A stretch of 64,000 bases of DNA from Podarcis pityusensis (taxonomy: Eukaryota), in NCBI GenBank assembly GCA_964106645.2, contig OZ067050.1. The stretch is one strand, 5' to 3'. The notes under the pieces are model-generated. The model searched no databases and was not told the DNA's origin. It saw only the letters and a list, made by a program, of their open reading frames with translations. Made by a program: the position numbers and the translations under genes. The first letter of the stretch is position 1, and every line of letters begins with the position of its first letter. Shown piece after piece: positions 58,344-64,000 of the stretch.

Positions 58344-60106
58344 ATCTAGAAACATGGTAGAGAAAGGAAGGGGAACAAAGTAGGCAGTGGCCTGACAAGC
58401 CGTGGCCTGAGGAAGCAATGGGTGGTAGGGTCATGGAGTTGGAAAAGGAGGGCTAGAGACAGGAGGGTCTGGTACTTTACACAGGAAGGAAGGGAGCAGC
58501 CAAGGGGGAACTGGGTTGCTATGTGTAGCCAGAGACATTCTACCAGTTATGGCTTCTGCTGTCACTGCAGCACTGTGAGCCTGGCAAGTAGGGGGATAGG
58601 GACACAAAGACTCAGAAGCAGCAGAGGTGGTGTGACTGAATTTCACACATTAATTTTAAATGGCTGGCCAAATTTTGGTTCAGGCACCTCTAACTGATTC
58701 TCCTATTTGGTAGTGCAGTTTGCTGAAACCTGGGTTGAATTACCTATCAGTAACCCATAAGTTGGAATCAATGACATGAAATGAAATCACAATGAAAATT
58801 GTGATTTTATGTACAAAAGGATGGCATCTCGTGATCCCTTTAACATTAATGAGAGATTACTGTCATGGTAGAAAGGAATGCCCTGGAAGATCCCTTCCTT
58901 TCCAATGGGTGACTCATGTAAAGAGTTAAGGCGTACCCAGCACTCCGCTAGCATCGCTGTGCCATGATCACTTCTCTGCCAAAGGCAGGGAGTCCAGGTT
59001 GAATGCTTCAGCCTCAAAGGAATGAGGCCTGTAAGCCAGCTCCAGTTAGGAAGTAGGATCCAGAATTGCACACATTTCAGACCCTCCTCCACCTTACATT
59101 AGGGAGGTGGTTATGAACAAGGATCTTCTCCCCCTAACCCTGACTCACCAAAGTCCTTGCCTGTGAATCTTCTGAACTTTTGATGTAAGATGTATTTATT
59201 AAAAGTGTCTTGATGAGACAGAGATAAGGGAAAGTCTTTGGGATGGGGTAGGCTATATGTCAGCTTCAGATGCTCTGCTCTTGAACCTTGGGTGGGTATT
59301 TGAGATAAAACCTCAGTGGTTATCCCGTAATGGTGGAATGCCCTTCCTGTTGAGATCTGCTGGGCTGCTTTCATTTCACCTTTAAGCAGTCATAGAAGAC
59401 TCCAGTGAGTTTTTAATATTTCTATTTTAATTACTCTTCTCTGCTCTTAATCTGAATGTTGTAAGGTGTTTTGTGCATCTTTTGATTAAAAAGTGGGAAA
59501 TAAATACATAAAACACAAGCAATAAACAAGCAAACCATGACACAACTCACACCAGCAAGAAATAACATTGGGTTTCTTATGATCACATTCCCTGACCCCA
59601 TTGATCAATGATACCATGTTATATACTGGTTTTTAATTTAAATTATTTTTAAAAAATGAAATTATGTTAACCTGTAGCCAAAGCTCCTAATTCTAACAGA
59701 ATATTTACTGGCAAAGGCATGGTAATCCCATTTAGGCTAATGCTACGGTAGTCATTAACCTACTCAACCACACGTGAAGCTCCTTCAGTAACTACCTGAG
59801 AAATACTACATGATTCAATTTGTGTCACTGGTACAGCCACTTACAATACAAAAAACAAATACTCCTATCATTTGTATGTTATTTATTGCACCATCTGCTC
59901 TCATAGGAGTTCATATAGTCACCCCACAGTGAACCAAGATAGCAGTTAAACTCTTATTCACAGCTCAGCTGTCACAACAGTACATGGGCTAATTTCAGAT
60001 CTGAAATATGGTATCGTTGCATGATCCAGGTGCTTGGAAAAAGCAGGGCAAATGGGCAGGCTACCTGGCTTTGCTGCAGTACAGGTCCGGCATTTGCTGG
60101 ACCCGC

Positions 60107-60235
60107 TTAGATTTGCCCCCACTTGTCTCTGGGGTTAGGATAGCACAGGCCAGCTGCACAACATAGCATGGCACAGAGGCAGAGAAGGAAAGCACTGGTC
60201 ATCAGGAGCCGCTGGCTGCAGAGGGCACGATCCGC
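60107..60235 (-). CDS. TMEM219: TMEM219 last coding exon (TM2)
   Basis: ADRALCSQRLLMTSAFLLCLCAMLCCAAGLCYPNPRDKWGQI*. Confidence 0.9.
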   Translation of the reverse strand, partial: ADRALCSQRLLMTSAFLLCLCAMLCCAAGLCYPNPRDKWGQI

Positions 60236-61955
60236 CTGAGAGTGAAAGGAGTGCAACAGTGAATGCTCCTCCCCTTATAATCCAGCTTGCATCCTGAAGA
60301 AACCCAGAATCCCCAGGTCCAGATACTGTCACTGCCCACATTCATCTTACCTGATCCAGCATGCTGGACAGGGCAGGATTAGCCTGGTAATGTGGCTGGT
60401 AACAAATTCCTTTCTCTTCTTGATGCATGTCCCATTCCTCTATCACACATTTAGGTGGTTGTCTGGGGACAAGATGGGAGTATTGCATTAATGGGTTAAG
60501 AACTCCTTGAAACTAAATCTCTTGGCTCACCTGGTCTTGGGGAGAAGGGATGAAGGTGCAGTGATGCTAAGGCAGTTCTCATGGGAGACTGAGTTCGTGA
60601 TGATAGTCAGGAAGTGGATTGATTCCTGGGCATCTGGACCTGTGGTTGGAGTTGATGGAAGGAAAGGTCAAGGGGAGACGGACACGGAACCAGAGTTCCT
60701 GAAATCTTTGGGAGGATGTTGCAATTGGTCAGGAGATCACTCACCCTTGAGACCCAGTTTTTCCCCAGTGACTGTCAGACCTAGGCGTGTACCATTGGGA
60801 GGATCTGTGCCATTGTGGAGGTCAAAGGTCAAGGCAACCATGACAGAGACTGTTGTAGGGGTCTCAGCAGTGGTTGTGGAGGGAGCTGGTGTCAAGGCAC
60901 TTTCCTGGGTCTTATTTGGGATACAGAACATTAAGTGTGCCAGAGACTTTAGCAGAGAATTCCAGTCCTTAGAGATGAGGGAGGGAAAAGGAATGAGAAT
61001 TGACTCTTAGTTGATTCTATTCTCTTGATTGCAATTTTTTCATTTGCTTCTGCCTTTTAAAGTACCTTTCCAATTTCACCCAATCGTGCCTCTAAAAATT
61101 CCCTTTTGCTTTTAACAGCTAGAAAATTGAAAGATGGGAACTGTATTTTAAAAGTACCATAAAACATCTCAGAACACCCGGATCGTTGAATATTTCAGAT
61201 ATAGCTGCACTTACTAATTTAAAATTTTGTACTGTAGAATATCCTATTCTTTTGCTCGCCACTTCTTCTGATAGTAACCATTCAGGACTATCTTTTCAAT
61301 GACAGCTTCTTATAGCGTATTTGTAAAAACCAACAACACCCAACCCTCTGTAATTCATGAATGTTTAGCTTGGGTCCTTATGGTATGATAACAGCAGCCA
61401 ACACAGGCAACACTATTTTTGAGAGCAAATCAATGCAGCTGTTCAAATTCGGGTAAATCTCTCAAGTCTGTTAGAAAATGGAAATAAATAAAAACAATTG
61501 CCAAAAGATAAATCACACAAGTCTGCCTCTACAATGAACACCCAACATACCCGTCACAGCCCAGAATTGTTAGGGACATTCTGTGCATTCCATCCGAGAA
61601 GATACCCAACCATTCTGAAAGTTTCAGTCAGAGAACCATTCAGTTGCTGAGCCTAAACAGTTAGTAAGAGACCAAGAAGGCAGAGCACCCACCACTGCCT
61701 CCCAAAGTCTCTCATGCGTGCTTTACAACCACAACCCAATTCCATCCCCAGCATTTTGGTCTGATTTTCTACTTAAGGTGATCATCTCTAGCTCACCTCT
61801 TTGACATCGGGATTCTGAACATCATGTGACTGGATGTAGGCAGCAAAACCAACAAAGGCAACAGCCAACGAAAGGAGGCAAAAGAAGAAGGTGACCAGAG
61901 GTGGGTGTCGCTCCAGGCAGACACGCAGGGAGCCCAGCAGGGAGCAGGTGACCAT
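60107..61955 (-). CDS. TMEM219: Transmembrane protein 219 (IGFBP-3 receptor; TMEM219/TMEM248 family), 243 aa; exons 61797-61955, 60745-60967, 60531-60639, 60351-60462, 60107-60235
   Basis: MVTCSLLGSLRVCLERHPPLVTFFFCLL...NPDVKEDWNSLLKSL...KLGLKG...QPPKC...ALCSQRLLMTSAFLLCLCAMLCC resembles recalled human TMEM219; same strand and directly upstream of TAOK2, as in human. Confidence 0.9.
60351..60462 (-). CDS. TMEM219: TMEM219 exon (QPPKCVIEEW...SMLDQ)
   Basis: 112 nt, phase 2 to 0. Confidence 0.85.
60531..60639 (-). CDS. TMEM219: TMEM219 exon (PDAQESIHFLTII...LPKT)
   Basis: 109 nt, phase 1 to 2. Confidence 0.85.
60745..60967 (-). CDS. TMEM219: TMEM219 exon (DWNSLLKSL...GLK)
   Basis: 223 nt; N-glycosylation sequons NKT, NGT, NGT. 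Confidence 0.88.
61797..61955 (-). CDS. TMEM219: TMEM219 first coding exon (TM1)
   Basis: Exon begins at 61963 after CCTAG; accATGG Kozak; GAG|GTGAGC donor. Confidence 0.9.
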
Positions 61956-63479
61956 GGTCAGCCCTAGGAATGAGGGTAAGAAGGTTGCAGTGTCATCCCA
62001 GCACTAGAAGAAGCTGAAACGTCTGCTGGAACAGCCAGAATCAAGGGAAACGAAAAGGCTGGCAGTCTGCTACCTATTCCCCTTTGCATTTTGTGTGGTA
62101 CAATCATAAGCTTTGCTTTATTAAATAAATAAATTTTAAAAAGTCAAATCGTGTCCTAGAAATGTGAATGGAAATAACACCAAAAGATATTCATTCAATC
62201 TCATAAATTGCTCAGAGATTACTTAAATATTTAGTGTGCATGCGGTCTGGTTGTCTAAACTTGCTGAAAATAAAGTGGGAATTGGTTTCCTTGAGATTGC
62301 CCCTGCCTCAAGATCGCCACGTAAATGGAAAGGTGATATACTGCAACTTTGTATTCATTTTTTATGTGCTTTCCAAAAATACCTGAAGACATTTTGTTTC
62401 AACAAACCTTTCCATCTGGATGAAAAGGTCTCCATCTTGTATTGCTTTTAAAAGTATGTTAGTTGCTTATATTGTGATTCAGATTGAGACATGTGAAAGG
62501 CAATTCAAAAATTAATAAAATGAATATATTTTGACTGTGGGGTGTTTTTAGACAAGTAACCACTGCCCATGTGTATCTTGACATAGTAAGGCTCTCAGGG
62601 AAGACTGCACTACATACACCTCATTGTTTAAATTAGCTCTAAATCTATGCATTGGGGGGGGGGACTTAGAAGTGCCAACTTCTGAAGTTAGCAACCACTA
62701 GATTCTTGATCATCGCAACTGGCTGGATGACTGCTTGTATGAAAGAACGTCGTACTCAAGGATATACAGGCAAGGTTTTCCTACTTGACAGGTTTTCCTA
62801 CTTCTCTATATTTCTGATGAAGGTGGCATATTTCAACAGAGTTACGGTAAGTTGGAAAGAAAGAGCTGGAATTATAGGTGAAAGTTGGATATTTGCAACC
62901 CAGGGTTGCTTCATCTGCTCCACCCAACATGGCAATCTCATCATTGCCAAGTCTTCTCGCAGTGTGGTGTTATTTGTTGGGGATGAGGAAGGGGAAAAAC
63001 TTTACAAGGAGGTTATTTTTAACAATCCCTGTCAAATCTTAAAATATAATGTGCCACATGATGTATTGTCGTTGATCACATTGTTTTTCCTTTGTTTAAA
63101 TAAAGTTTTTTTAAAAAAAGAATATGGGGATGCTGATCTTTGTGTGTGTCCTCAAAATTCAACAAAAGAGAGAACCCCCCACAAAATGAATAAGCAGCAT
63201 AAACTGTGGAAAACTGAACACCACATTTGTTTGATTTCTTAAGTTTTGTTACATAAGGCTTCCCTCCTTTGAGTCTTCGGGTCTTGTGAGACAGTTTCTC
63301 CCCATATTTCTCAAGAACTGCATGTGAATGCGTAGTTTCATGGTAGACTTGTTTTGTGCTGTATATCCCACAAATGTTGGTGTGTTTACATCACACAAAC
63401 AACTTGCTAGCAGTTATTGCAGTGAACTGCTAGCAAGATCATTGTGCAGCATGTGATCTCCTGTACCTTTGCTGCTGGG

Positions 63480-63630
63480 AATGTCAACTGCAGGGAACTG
63501 TATGTGAGGACAGGGCTGTTGTGCTCAGATCCTGCTTGCAGACTTCCGATAGGCTAGGCATTTGGCTGGCTACTATGACAACTGGATGGGCCATTGGCCT
63601 GATCCAGCAGACCCTTCATACATTCTTAAC
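63480..63630 (+). mobile_element. CR1-type 3' end remnant
   Basis: GGATGGGCCATTGGCCTGATCCAGCAG...TTCTTA. Confidence 0.55.
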
Positions 63631-64000
63631 ATACAGATTAGCCCTCGCCTATGCCCACACGATCATCATGAGCACCTTTTAAGTCCACAAATGGTTCCCT
63701 GCCACACTGCAAGATGTGGTGATGGGCACTAGCATATATGGATTAAACACACTTTCATGGAGAATGAATGTGTTTTACCATTAGCTGTTAATCATGACAA
63801 GTGGAACCTGCAACAAAAAGTTGTAGTATGGAGGCTCCTATTTGGAATTCCTGCCAGCCAGCCATGCCCTTTTCCTGGATATTCCATTTTCCCTCCTCCT
63901 GCTTGTCCATTCCTCCCTCCATTCAACTGAGAGTCAATTTTCTATAGCCACTGAGCATGTTCAGTTCTTCCTGAATAACTCTTCCATGTGCACTCATCAT

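Overview
Vertebrate genomic DNA, most likely a lacertid lizard (inferred from squamate-type SINEs, L2/CR1/L1 fragments and MITEs), homologous to part of human 16p11.2. All genes found lie on the minus strand. From high to low coordinate: TMEM219 (5 coding exons, 243 aa); TAOK2 (CpG-island promoter, non-coding exon 1, complete kinase gene with an alpha isoform of about 1348 aa ending in a membrane-spanning tail and a beta isoform of about 1018 aa); an unrecognised multi-exon gene (about 6.0-16.5 kb); and CDIPT exons 1-4 (the rest lies outside the window). The unrecognised gene is the most notable observation. It is invisible as a unit in the ORF track, but nine GT-AG exons join in phase into a 387-aa ORF. 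It has a strong Kozak start, a poly(A) signal 40 nt after the stop, candidate 5' UTR exons and two adjacent RFX X-box-like motifs, which suggests a cilia/sperm gene. Also notable is a 242-nt AG-free zone with a distant branch point at the TAOK2 beta-specific acceptor. All exon boundaries were derived by hand and no database searches were run.
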